A DNA stretch of 52,253 bases. It comes from a virus. Lineage: Duplodnaviria > Caudoviricetes. Numbering within the stretch: position 1 is the stretch's first letter; the number at the start of each line of letters is the position of its first letter. Made by a program: the position numbers and the translations under genes. The stretch is taken from IMG/VR virus record IMGVR_UViG_3300012663_000440, positions 1-52,253 of that record; one strand, written 5' to 3'. Shown here piece by piece: positions 38,406 through 47,259 of this stretch. The notes under the pieces were generated by a model. That model had not been told where the DNA came from. It ran no database searches and was given only the letters and a program-made list of their open reading frames with translations.

Positions 38406-39071
38406 TTCAATATAACTGGCTATAAAATAACTAAATTACAACTAGATGAAGCACAGTTGGCTATTCCTAATATTGAGTTTAGGTTGCCAATTAATAAACC
38501 AACAGGTAATTTTTTTTATGATCCTTGGATTATTAAGGATGAGTTTAAAAATACAATTTGGGAAGATATATTAAACACTATTCCTAAAGATAAGGGCGAA
38601 GCTAGAATAATTAAACTAGATCCTGGAACATGCTATCGTAGTCATGCAGACATCGATGATAGGTGGCACCTTTCTTTAAAAGGCGAAAAATCATTCATTG
38701 TCGACCTTGAAAATGAAAACATGCAACCTACTAAACAAGATACAATTTGGCACATGATTGATACTAGTATAAGGCATAGTGCTGTAAATTTTGGACATGT
38801 GCCTAGATTGCAGTTAGTAGTTAGACAGTTGTTAACTAGGAATACACTAATATATCCTAAACAAATATCAATCACTTTAAAAAATATTGTTGACGACAGG
38901 CGATTTATATTTGACGATCTAGTAAGTCCGTGGTTAAACAAAATGAACAAGGCTGGTCGTATAACTGATTTTCAATACGAAGAACTCGAAGTTAAGTTGA
39001 CTATTGAAGAGAGCGAGATTGAGAATTTAAAGTCTTTAATTAACAGCCACTTTAACGTAACAATATTATGA
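38403..39071 (+). CDS. aspartyl/asparaginyl beta-hydroxylase-like Fe(II)/2OG oxygenase with C-terminal extension
   Basis: ARII.L.PG....HAD...R.H...DT...HSAVNFG..PR.QLV. Confidence 0.7.
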   Translation: MFNITGYKITKLQLDEAQLAIPNIEFRLPINKPTGNFFYDPWIIKDEFKNTIWEDILNTIPKDKGEARIIKLDPGTCYRSHADIDDRWHLSLKGEKSFIVDLENENMQPTKQDTIWHMIDTSIRHSAVNFGHVPRLQLVVRQLLTRNTLIYPKQISITLKNIVDDRRFIFDDLVSPWLNKMNKAGRITDFQYEELEVKLTIEESEIENLKSLINSHFNVTIL

Positions 39072-39757
39072 ATATTAACGACTGGAATCCTTATTATAAA
39101 ATAGATCCTGTAGAAAACAGGCTAGTAAGATCTAATATGTTATACACACCTTTGATTAATCCAGAAGGTAATGTATTTTGTATGAATTGGGACAACACAC
39201 ATTCTTATCAACTTAAACATGGCCCTCGTCCAGATTTTACACAGGACTTAATAGATTTTTTCTTTGAACGTGAAGTTACTCATTTAAAATTCTTTAAAAA
39301 TAGATACAAATGGGCACCCGAAGTTATTGATATCGACGAACAAAATAAAATGATATTTTTTAAATGGTACGGCGAAACATGTAACAATATTGTGTATTCA
39401 ACCAGAAGCCTAGATCAAGAATGTCCTAGCTGGCAACAGCAATTATATTCTATAATAGATGATATCTTTAATATGGGATACTATAAAGTAAGTTTGTATC
39501 CACACTGTTTTTATCTAGACACTAATAATCAGTTGCATACGTTTGACTTTTATGGATGTATGAAGCGGAGTAATCCTTTTATAGAATACAATAAGATTAA
39601 AGGAATGGTAGGACCTAACTCAAAAGAAAGATTTGACGAAGCAATAACAGGCGATACTGTTAATGTTGAAATATTATTTAAGCGTTCTTTAGAAAATTAT
39701 ATTAAATGGCCACATTCTGCATTAAACAAAATATACAATAGACTATACTCTAATTAA
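39068..39757 (+). CDS. protein-kinase/APH-like fold protein (atypical)
   Basis: FEREV..L, PE..DID, YKVSLYPHCF....L..FDF; paralog of 47260-47952. Confidence 0.45.
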   Translation: MNINDWNPYYKIDPVENRLVRSNMLYTPLINPEGNVFCMNWDNTHSYQLKHGPRPDFTQDLIDFFFEREVTHLKFFKNRYKWAPEVIDIDEQNKMIFFKWYGETCNNIVYSTRSLDQECPSWQQQLYSIIDDIFNMGYYKVSLYPHCFYLDTNNQLHTFDFYGCMKRSNPFIEYNKIKGMVGPNSKERFDEAITGDTVNVEILFKRSLENYIKWPHSALNKIYNRLYSN

Positions 39758-40401
39758 TATATTTCTTGATCCCAGTCGCCGTTATCCTGTCCGGCATTTA
39801 ATGTACCAGTAGGCCAGTAATCTATAATTAATGCAAACCGTTCTTCGTCAGTTTCGCTTTCACTTACATGATGCTCAATATGTGCTGGAAACACAACTAG
39901 CATGTTATCCTTAGGTGTAATAGACCATTCTCTTTTATTAAATGCTGTACTTGTATGATATTTCATTTCCATAACATTAGGAAATAAATTACAGTAATTA
40001 AGGTCTTTTCTAAATTTTAATAGCCCACTATTTTTAGGCGCTTTAATATAAAATATTGCTGATAGCAATGTATTCGGATCTTGATGCCACGGATGAAAAT
40101 CATCCTTTCCATGTTTAGTTATCCAGCTGTGCAGTGTTTTTAATCCTAAGTGGGATTGTACGCATAATACATTATGCCAATAATTGTTAACTGCTGTTTC
40201 TATATTTCGTTTAATGTTAGCCAGTTCTGGCACACTATCGATTACATAAGTATTTTTTGTTAAGTGTAGGCGCTTAGTAGGCCGAAGATGCCGAATATAT
40301 TCCATATTTTTAATATACTCAAATTCTTCATCTGTTACTGGGGATAATTCAGCAGTCCATATCGGAACTGCAAATACTTCGTGTAGGTGTTCATTTGTCA
40401 T
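39754..40401 (-). CDS. putative 2OG-Fe(II) oxygenase (TIGR02466-like)
   Basis: VFAVPI, SW....HQD, FY...G.L.FRKD.NY.NLFP, VFPAHIEH...R; paralog of 29167-29799. Confidence 0.78.
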   Translation of the reverse strand: MTNEHLHEVFAVPIWTAELSPVTDEEFEYIKNMEYIRHLRPTKRLHLTKNTYVIDSVPELANIKRNIETAVNNYWHNVLCVQSHLGLKTLHSWITKHGKDDFHPWHQDPNTLLSAIFYIKAPKNSGLLKFRKDLNYCNLFPNVMEMKYHTSTAFNKREWSITPKDNMLVVFPAHIEHHVSESETDEERFALIIDYWPTGTLNAGQDNGDWDQEIY

Positions 40402-40406
40402 GAAAA

Positions 40407-40437
40407 TATTTAACCTTACTAGCATTACCTATAAATA
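40407..40437. promoter_or_regulatory. divergent pair of late TAAATA boxes
   Basis: Minus TAAATA 40407-40412 is 5 nt from ATG 40401; plus TATAAATA 40430-40437 is 7 nt from ATG 40445. Confidence 0.68.
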
Positions 40438-40444
40438 TTTCATA

Positions 40445-40996
40445 ATGACTGATACTGCTAAACTTATTACTAATTGTTCTGATAAGATCGATTGGGCACA
40501 AATTATTGAAACTATTAAGGATAAGCCTGGCAAAGAATTAGTACCTGTTAGATCACAATGGGACGACCGTAATCCAGGGTATGGAGAATTATTTGGGCTA
40601 TGGGAAAAATCTAATGTATCGTTGGCATCGGCACGTTGGATAAATTATTATCCGGGCATAGACTATGATAAATCGACTATTGGTATTTTTGAAGACTTGT
40701 TAAAAGTTAACCATATTCGTTCTTGGATTAGTAGGATAGATCCGGGCTACTGTACTCCGTGGCATTGGGATACTGACGATAAAGAACAAGAGTATCTTAA
40801 GCTAGGTAATCTTCGTAGATTCTCTTGTCATATAGGAGAGCCTGATTTTGGTCATGTATTTCTTATCGGAAAAGAATCTCATTATTTTCAAGAGCAAGGA
40901 AACTTACATGAATGGAGTAGCCACCGTGCGTGGCACGCCGGGTTTAACTGCGGGCTTACTCCTAAGTTTTTGTTTAACCTACTGGCTTACGATTAA
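40445..40996 (+). CDS. Fe(II)/2OG oxygenase-like (double-stranded beta-helix) protein
   Basis: WIS...PG...PWHWD...GHVF...G...W....WHAG.N.G..PK. Confidence 0.68.
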   Translation: MTDTAKLITNCSDKIDWAQIIETIKDKPGKELVPVRSQWDDRNPGYGELFGLWEKSNVSLASARWINYYPGIDYDKSTIGIFEDLLKVNHIRSWISRIDPGYCTPWHWDTDDKEQEYLKLGNLRRFSCHIGEPDFGHVFLIGKESHYFQEQGNLHEWSSHRAWHAGFNCGLTPKFLFNLLAYD

Positions 40997-41568
40997 GGTT
41001 TTTCTGGATCAACATAGAATTGTTTTTTAATATGTTTGTCGCCCGTTTCATATGTAGTAAATTGAAATGTTAATCTAGGATTCATACTAAGATTAGTTAC
41101 CCCGTGCATTAAGTCAGCATGGTCAAATGAATACAAATCTCCTGCTTTATAGTTTTTCATCATTTGTCCACCTTCGTAAACAAATACATGACCTGGCTGG
41201 TAATCCATCATAGCCATCCAATATCTAGTGGCAGTTTTTTGTATTTTGGTATGCGGGTCATAGTGCATACAGGCAACACTTCCGGGAAGGAACTTAATAA
41301 ACCACCAAGTCCACTCTTTGTCACCTAACTCAATAGGCGGAGCAATATTAAAATCTTTAATATCGTCAGTAAGACTCATGTACATATTAGAGTAGAAATT
41401 TAGTTTGTCATATCCAGCATTACAAAAATCTTTATACCATGCTTCGTGCGCAGGATGCCCGACCCAATTCTTTGGTTGATTTAGTAGAGTAGGATCTCCA
41501 GGAGTTGATAGTATCCTATCAATAAGAACAGGATTAATCCATTCTTTATAATTGCCAATATATTTCAT
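40993..41568 (-). CDS. Fe(II)/2OG oxygenase-like protein
   Basis: KFLPG...MHYDPH...GHVF...GDLY...MHG..N....R. Confidence 0.68.
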   Translation of the reverse strand: MKYIGNYKEWINPVLIDRILSTPGDPTLLNQPKNWVGHPAHEAWYKDFCNAGYDKLNFYSNMYMSLTDDIKDFNIAPPIELGDKEWTWWFIKFLPGSVACMHYDPHTKIQKTATRYWMAMMDYQPGHVFVYEGGQMMKNYKAGDLYSFDHADLMHGVTNLSMNPRLTFQFTTYETGDKHIKKQFYVDPEKP

Positions 41569-42134
41569 GATTGTTTATTGTAAAAACTCATTTGTAAAGA
41601 AATCCTAGGATTCATGCTAATGTTTGCGGCACCGTGTAAGCACATGGCATCAGGCCACATAAATAAATCTCCTACTTTATAATCTGTGAGTAATTGATCA
41701 TCGTAAGTGAAGATATGACCATCTTCGTAATCTGTTAACATCATAGTATATCTTATACAATCTGTAGTACCAATAATATGCGGATCAAAGTGCATAGGTT
41801 GCATATCTCCGGGCAAATATTTGACTATCCACCAATGAGAGTATTCACACCAAAAAGGACATATAGGCATTACGTTTAGATTAAAATCTAGAGATTTAAT
41901 ATTCTCCCAATTTTGAAATTGTTTAATACATTCCGTCTGCATAGTATACTGATGGAATTTATAATTTAATTCGGGATAGCCTGCTTGTTCTAATGCAACT
42001 CTAGCACGATCGATATCTTCTTGTCCCTTCCATTTGTCCGGTTGATATACAGGTGTGACATCCCCATCGTTAGCTAATATATTTTTTATCAAGCCCTCGG
42101 GGATCCAGTGTTTATAATTACCTTGAAAGTGCAT
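41565..42134 (-). CDS. Fe(II)/2OG oxygenase-like protein (tandem paralog of 40993-41568)
   Basis: KYLPG...MHFDPH...GHIF...GDLF...LHG..N....R. Confidence 0.68.
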   Translation of the reverse strand: MHFQGNYKHWIPEGLIKNILANDGDVTPVYQPDKWKGQEDIDRARVALEQAGYPELNYKFHQYTMQTECIKQFQNWENIKSLDFNLNVMPICPFWCEYSHWWIVKYLPGDMQPMHFDPHIIGTTDCIRYTMMLTDYEDGHIFTYDDQLLTDYKVGDLFMWPDAMCLHGAANISMNPRISLQMSFYNKQS

Positions 42135-43746
42135 CTTTCTTTTCTCTTAATAATTTCATTAACGGATTAAAATAATCGCGAATTACTTGTTCTTTAACTA
42201 ACAACATGTTTCCCGGAACTCGGGGAATTGTTTTGTACTCGTCCCAATCTAACGATTTGATGTACTCATAAGAGTAGTCCCCGTGTCCAAAAGAAGTATG
42301 TTTAAATAACCATTTTCTTTTTCTTACAACCTTACGCAACACATCTTCCCATTTTTCTGCTAACTGTTTTGCTTCGTCGTAGTTAGTAACATCAGTCTCG
42401 TCATTTTTTGTCCAGTACCATGGTTTATTTACAGGGTCTGGAAAATCATATCCGTACTTCTGATAGTTACGTTCAAATTCTGAAGTCACTCTGAACTTCT
42501 CCCATTTGTCAGGCGCATATAGTCGCAATGGTACTAGTCCTATAGCATCGATAGGTGCGTCATCTCTAGCAAACCATTCAACAGAATATGCAATAGACTC
42601 GCTAGTTTCTCCTGGCAGTCCTGTGATAAACTGAGAACTAATTAATACATCGTCTCCCCATGCTGACTTGCAATCAATTAATGCTTGTTTCAATTTTTCA
42701 GGCTTGGCACCTTTTTTGATTATCTTAGCAGCAGTTGGGTGGAATGTTTCAATGCCTACAATAATATCTTTAAAACCACATGCTTGTATTAACGGAATCT
42801 GTTCTGGGTTTGCTGCAATAAGGTCCAACCTAAAGAATCCCCAAAATGCAGGTTTAAAAGGCAAAGATTTAATCACATCATAGAATGCCTGTAACTTTTC
42901 AGTACTGTCGTTAAACGTGTCATCAGTTACGTAGTATTTCCACACTCCGAACCGTTCCCAATTTTCCATAAGTTCGGCTCTAAGCAAGTCCGGAGTTTTA
43001 AGATAGTCGTTCATATTCTTTTGGCCTATTAATGGCCATGTACAAAATGTGCAAGAAAATCTACAGCCTCTTCCAACTTCTAACCCAAGTGCTTCATACG
43101 GCTGTACAAAATCTTCTTCTTGATACTTTGTAGTTGAGTTTACAAAATTAAATTGCTCTTTGTTACCTTGGGCTTTTACATCATAGTCAACAATAGTATT
43201 AAAGATGCGCCTAGGCCCTTTACCGGATACTGATAAGACCCAATCAGTAAACATAGTTTCCCCCATACCTACAAAGAAATGATCAATTAGCGGAGTACCA
43301 AAATACTCCCAGGTTTTAGATCCACCAAATACAACTTTTGTTTTCGGATTCTTTTCTTTGACGTACTTTAACCAAGGTTCGCATAAACCGTTGGCAAACT
43401 GCATAGGCAATCCAGCGGCATACCATTCTTCCTTTTCTAATTTTAAAAAGTCATCAGCTGATTCCCTAGCATATGAATGTTGTAGTAATGATGCTTTCTT
43501 TTGCCCTTCAACATCCTGCATGCGATAAGGAAAGATACTTGTACTAAATCCAACAAACATAGTTTCAGGCCCGACTGCTAAATCTAGTATTTCTTTATAA
43601 AGATTAAAGTCGACTGCAAACGCCCAATCAATAACTAAAATATTAAATCCGTATTTTCTAATTTCATTAGCTAGCCGGTGGACTCCGTAACCACGTCCTA
43701 ACCAATTTTGTGATGTGCATTCTGTAAAAAATATTCCGTGGTACAT
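42118..43746 (-). CDS. cobalamin-binding-type radical SAM protein (class B methylase-like)
   Basis: N-terminal G...LA..IRK.G, VGFST, VVFGG, G.GE; EVGRGCRFSCTFC; DDTF, GIET, FITGLPGET. Confidence 0.82.
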   Translation of the reverse strand: MYHGIFFTECTSQNWLGRGYGVHRLANEIRKYGFNILVIDWAFAVDFNLYKEILDLAVGPETMFVGFSTSIFPYRMQDVEGQKKASLLQHSYARESADDFLKLEKEEWYAAGLPMQFANGLCEPWLKYVKEKNPKTKVVFGGSKTWEYFGTPLIDHFFVGMGETMFTDWVLSVSGKGPRRIFNTIVDYDVKAQGNKEQFNFVNSTTKYQEEDFVQPYEALGLEVGRGCRFSCTFCTWPLIGQKNMNDYLKTPDLLRAELMENWERFGVWKYYVTDDTFNDSTEKLQAFYDVIKSLPFKPAFWGFFRLDLIAANPEQIPLIQACGFKDIIVGIETFHPTAAKIIKKGAKPEKLKQALIDCKSAWGDDVLISSQFITGLPGETSESIAYSVEWFARDDAPIDAIGLVPLRLYAPDKWEKFRVTSEFERNYQKYGYDFPDPVNKPWYWTKNDETDVTNYDEAKQLAEKWEDVLRKVVRKRKWLFKHTSFGHGDYSYEYIKSLDWDEYKTIPRVPGNMLLVKEQVIRDYFNPLMKLLREKKDALSR

Positions 43747-43748
43747 AA

Positions 43749-45020
43749 TTACTCGTAAAGGTAAGGAAATAACTTCTTGCTGTCGGTACTTCTTGTAATA
43801 TCATATAGTGCTAACACCCGGACCCGTTCTTCAACTACTTGTGAAAAATTATTAGGTTGTACCATCATTGAATTTTTAATAGTATTCAGTACTTTAAAAC
43901 AGTTTGTATTATTAAAAATTTTATATAGTTTGTTTTTTTCTAAGTAAGAATCTAACATACTAGCAATTGAATCTTTTTGCGACTGTGTTAAATACTGTAC
44001 GCTAAAGTAGCGCGGAATTTCTAATAGATTAACTGCTACTGTGATATTACGAGTTGCATCTAAATTTTCAAACATATCATACATGGCTGGAATATCAAAT
44101 ATGTTAAAGATTGAAATCGTATTTGAGATTTTAATATTATACAATGGATTACTTTTAATGTACTCAAAGTTTGCTAAAAACTTGCTGTAGTCTATCGGGT
44201 ATCTAATAAAGTTTGATATAGTAGCATCGTGATGATCCCAACTAACAATTAGTTCAATTGACTTAAATTTTTCTAATTTAGAAAATATCTTGTTGTTTGT
44301 AACAGACAAATTAGTAATCATTTTGATCGCAATGTTGCTAGAATGCCCATCTTTAATTAATTTGTCTAATAACTTTAAAACTTCAATAGATGCTAAGGGT
44401 TCTCCACCGTAAAATTGAATTTCAGTTACTGTACTGATCACCGAGCTAATCCCATTAAAAAATTGATCCCCGTCGAACGATCTTGCTACTAACTCGAATT
44501 CTTCTTCTAGCATGTTAACAAATGATGGAACGGCTATTCCCTGCTCACGCCATTGCTTGATTTCAGATACGTGTTCTGTACTGTTTATAGGATGACACAT
44601 AATGCATTTTAAGTTGCAGAAGTTACCAATCTTTACATCAAGTAAACTCGGCCCAACTGACATTGTGTAATCTTGATTGAGAACATTAGATAGGTTAGAC
44701 GGAACTAAACTGTTTGTTTGTCTGTAGCTGTGCGCTCCGTGCTGTTCTTTGTCCCAACAATACTTACATGCTGTATTTTGAACACCTGTAATAAGATCGT
44801 GTCTAAGTGTTTTATAAAACTCGCTATTCCATACTTGCTGGATGTTGTCTTTGATTGTATAGTTAGTACCTTGTAAATTTTTAACACTATACTTTTTAAA
44901 TTCGATAATATCTTCATCTGCCGGAACCGCATAACAGCAGTGGAGATAGGACCCGTTATTTTCCGTTGATATTTTCGTAAACGGAATATTACAAAATGTT
45001 GATTGATTAATATGTGTCAA
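43749..45020 (-). CDS. radical SAM protein with N-terminal twitch domain
   Basis: FCNIPF...HCC...CKYCW..E; CNLKCIMC; YGGEP; ITN. Confidence 0.88.
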   Translation of the reverse strand: MTHINQSTFCNIPFTKISTENNGSYLHCCYAVPADEDIIEFKKYSVKNLQGTNYTIKDNIQQVWNSEFYKTLRHDLITGVQNTACKYCWDKEQHGAHSYRQTNSLVPSNLSNVLNQDYTMSVGPSLLDVKIGNFCNLKCIMCHPINSTEHVSEIKQWREQGIAVPSFVNMLEEEFELVARSFDGDQFFNGISSVISTVTEIQFYGGEPLASIEVLKLLDKLIKDGHSSNIAIKMITNLSVTNNKIFSKLEKFKSIELIVSWDHHDATISNFIRYPIDYSKFLANFEYIKSNPLYNIKISNTISIFNIFDIPAMYDMFENLDATRNITVAVNLLEIPRYFSVQYLTQSQKDSIASMLDSYLEKNKLYKIFNNTNCFKVLNTIKNSMMVQPNNFSQVVEERVRVLALYDITRSTDSKKLFPYLYE

Positions 45021-45807
45021 GATGTTGTATTCCTAGCGTATTACGGAATGCCTCTGTAAATTTACCATCTATGCGTAGTCCGTAGCTCTGTTCCATAATC
45101 TGCTCTCCGCCGTGCCAGTCAACATCATTCCACCATGCTGCTCTAGTATTTAAATAAGTTTTATTTTTAGATTCTGGATCCCACAAGTAAAATGCTTTCT
45201 TAGTGTTAGGACGAATGTGTATAAATTCGTTGCGGTGCGGTTTAACAACATTGATACCGTTCTTAGCATCTAAGTCACGATGTTCAAATGGAATGCCACC
45301 TGCGTCGCAGTGGAAAAATATAACACGACCAATGTCTTCAAACACGGTACCTACTAGTCTTTCGACCCAATTGACTACTGTTGGAAAGTATGCAGCTTCT
45401 TCTGTTAACTTGCGAGGCGCTGTTCTGTCATCCCACGAACCTTCTTCCCAAAGGAAATAATAAATGTAAGGGTCATACGCACCCATTGCCATTTTAAGAT
45501 AGCGAGTAAACTTGTTACGTTGTTTGTAGTTTTTAAAATCTTTAAACAAATCAACGCCGCCTAAATATATAGGATCGTCTTTGGGAAGTTCCATGAACTC
45601 GTCCATAGCTTGATAGATCGGTTTCCAACTAAGTTTGTAACTCATATCATCGAACGTAAAGCCAGGTTTCATCCATGTACCTTCTTTAGCAAACTCACGT
45701 GCTTCTGCAAATCCGCGAATTATCTCTGGTTGCATCTTTTCAAATGCCTCCATGTCTAGGTACGGTTCCATATTAAAGTACGCTTGATTGTTTATTCCTT
45801 TTAGCAT
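45007..45807 (-). CDS. Fe(II)/2OG oxygenase-like protein
   Basis: GRV......G....EHRD...WN..DWHGG......LRID. Confidence 0.55.
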   Translation of the reverse strand: MLKGINNQAYFNMEPYLDMEAFEKMQPEIIRGFAEAREFAKEGTWMKPGFTFDDMSYKLSWKPIYQAMDEFMELPKDDPIYLGGVDLFKDFKNYKQRNKFTRYLKMAMGAYDPYIYYFLWEEGSWDDRTAPRKLTEEAAYFPTVVNWVERLVGTVFEDIGRVIFFHCDAGGIPFEHRDLDAKNGINVVKPHRNEFIHIRPNTKKAFYLWDPESKNKTYLNTRAAWWNDVDWHGGEQIMEQSYGLRIDGKFTEAFRNTLGIQHLDTY

Positions 45808-45808
45808 G

Positions 45809-46597
45809 TTAGTTCCATTGATTCTTTCTTTCTATTTTCCAACCAGTAGTTTCTAATGCAACTGACCCGTCGTATGATTTAATTTTGTTTTCCCAGTGGT
45901 TTACAAATTCCTCAGTTTTAATAAAAGTATCTTTATTAACCCAATCTAACTTATCTAATACATTATCTTTTACAAATTTTAAATGCTCTAACGGTAACGG
46001 ATGTACTTCTGGGTACGGGAGCTGGCCATCATAAAACGAATCAAATTTAAATTTTCTATATACTACTCCATTAAGATTGGGTATATCTGTTTTTATGAGA
46101 CCTTTAAAAACCGAAGTAATAGTATCAAATGTTACAGTATCAGCTGATGCAAATTCCTCAACGGGAATGTGTTGATCATTCCAGAACCAAAATAAAAATT
46201 TTACCCCTAAATTTTCTAATGCTAATTTTATTGATGCAATACTAGCACAGTCTCTAATTGCATAATGTATAGGGTCTATATGATATGCAATCTCTTTTTT
46301 CTTATGATGTTTAATAGTGTTATCTTGAAGCCGTCCCGGAAGATACCATCCCCGTTCTTGTACGTAATAGTCATTTCTAAAAAAGGAAGAAAAACATACT
46401 AGAACATAGTCGTCTGACCCTAGGGTGTATTTGGCGTGACATTCCATTATTTTTGCAATTATAAATTGATTGCCAGCACCACTTCTACCCCAGTTCTCAG
46501 CGTTGTGGCCTTGTTCCTTACAATGATTTATTAGGATGTCGGCCCAAGTCGGCCAAGCATACTCTGTCATACTACACCCAAAGGTCCACAATCTCAT
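45809..46597 (-). CDS. SGNH-like protein
   Basis: FGCSMT..WPTWAD, NWG.SGAGN, EVHPLPLEH. Confidence 0.62.
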   Translation of the reverse strand: MRLWTFGCSMTEYAWPTWADILINHCKEQGHNAENWGRSGAGNQFIIAKIMECHAKYTLGSDDYVLVCFSSFFRNDYYVQERGWYLPGRLQDNTIKHHKKKEIAYHIDPIHYAIRDCASIASIKLALENLGVKFLFWFWNDQHIPVEEFASADTVTFDTITSVFKGLIKTDIPNLNGVVYRKFKFDSFYDGQLPYPEVHPLPLEHLKFVKDNVLDKLDWVNKDTFIKTEEFVNHWENKIKSYDGSVALETTGWKIERKNQWN

Positions 46598-47217
46598 TTA
46601 AAATGCCCTACGGTTTTTGTTAATAAATCTATATGCTCTCTTTTAATCCTAAAAATAAGTCCTATTCTATCACTAGACGAGTTGTTAATAGTTTCGTGTG
46701 GTATCTCTACATCAACAACATATGCACTTCCATTAGCCGAAAGGGTATAAGATTTACAGTTAGGATAATCTCCGAGAATAAATTTTGCATCGTTATCCCA
46801 ATCAATAGGTATATGCACAACGTATTCTCCGGGGTCGTTGTGTTTAACAACTCTACCGGTCGGCGGTAACACAAACAATGTCCATCGATACGCATATGGA
46901 ATACTATCTTTTAATTTTTTTACAGCACCAAATATTAATTCAGTATCATACCATGGCACCCTTGCGTGTTTAGACTTTAACATGGACGGCGGAATGCTAG
47001 GATCGGCCATATCACTTTGAAGTGGCCACCCATGCATGATTGTTTCCTCAGGTGTTACACACAATCTTTTTGCAGTATCTTCTAAATGGATTGAATTCTT
47101 ATCCCATGTCCAGTGTAAGTGGTCATAATGATTTTTTAGAATATTGTAATAATCTTTTAAAGTTTGAACATCAACTGTAAAGTTGAGTCTTTGGACAGCA
47201 TTATCGTAATCATACAT
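46594..47217 (-). CDS. aspartyl/asparaginyl beta-hydroxylase-like oxygenase
   Basis: LPP.G....HND....HIPI...G.AY.VD...PHE.IN....DRI.LIF; TATAAATA 8 nt upstream. Confidence 0.72.
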   Translation of the reverse strand: MYDYDNAVQRLNFTVDVQTLKDYYNILKNHYDHLHWTWDKNSIHLEDTAKRLCVTPEETIMHGWPLQSDMADPSIPPSMLKSKHARVPWYDTELIFGAVKKLKDSIPYAYRWTLFVLPPTGRVVKHNDPGEYVVHIPIDWDNDAKFILGDYPNCKSYTLSANGSAYVVDVEIPHETINNSSSDRIGLIFRIKREHIDLLTKTVGHFK

Positions 47218-47259
47218 AGTAAAGATATTTATAGATAACTACATGTGCTCGATGGAATC

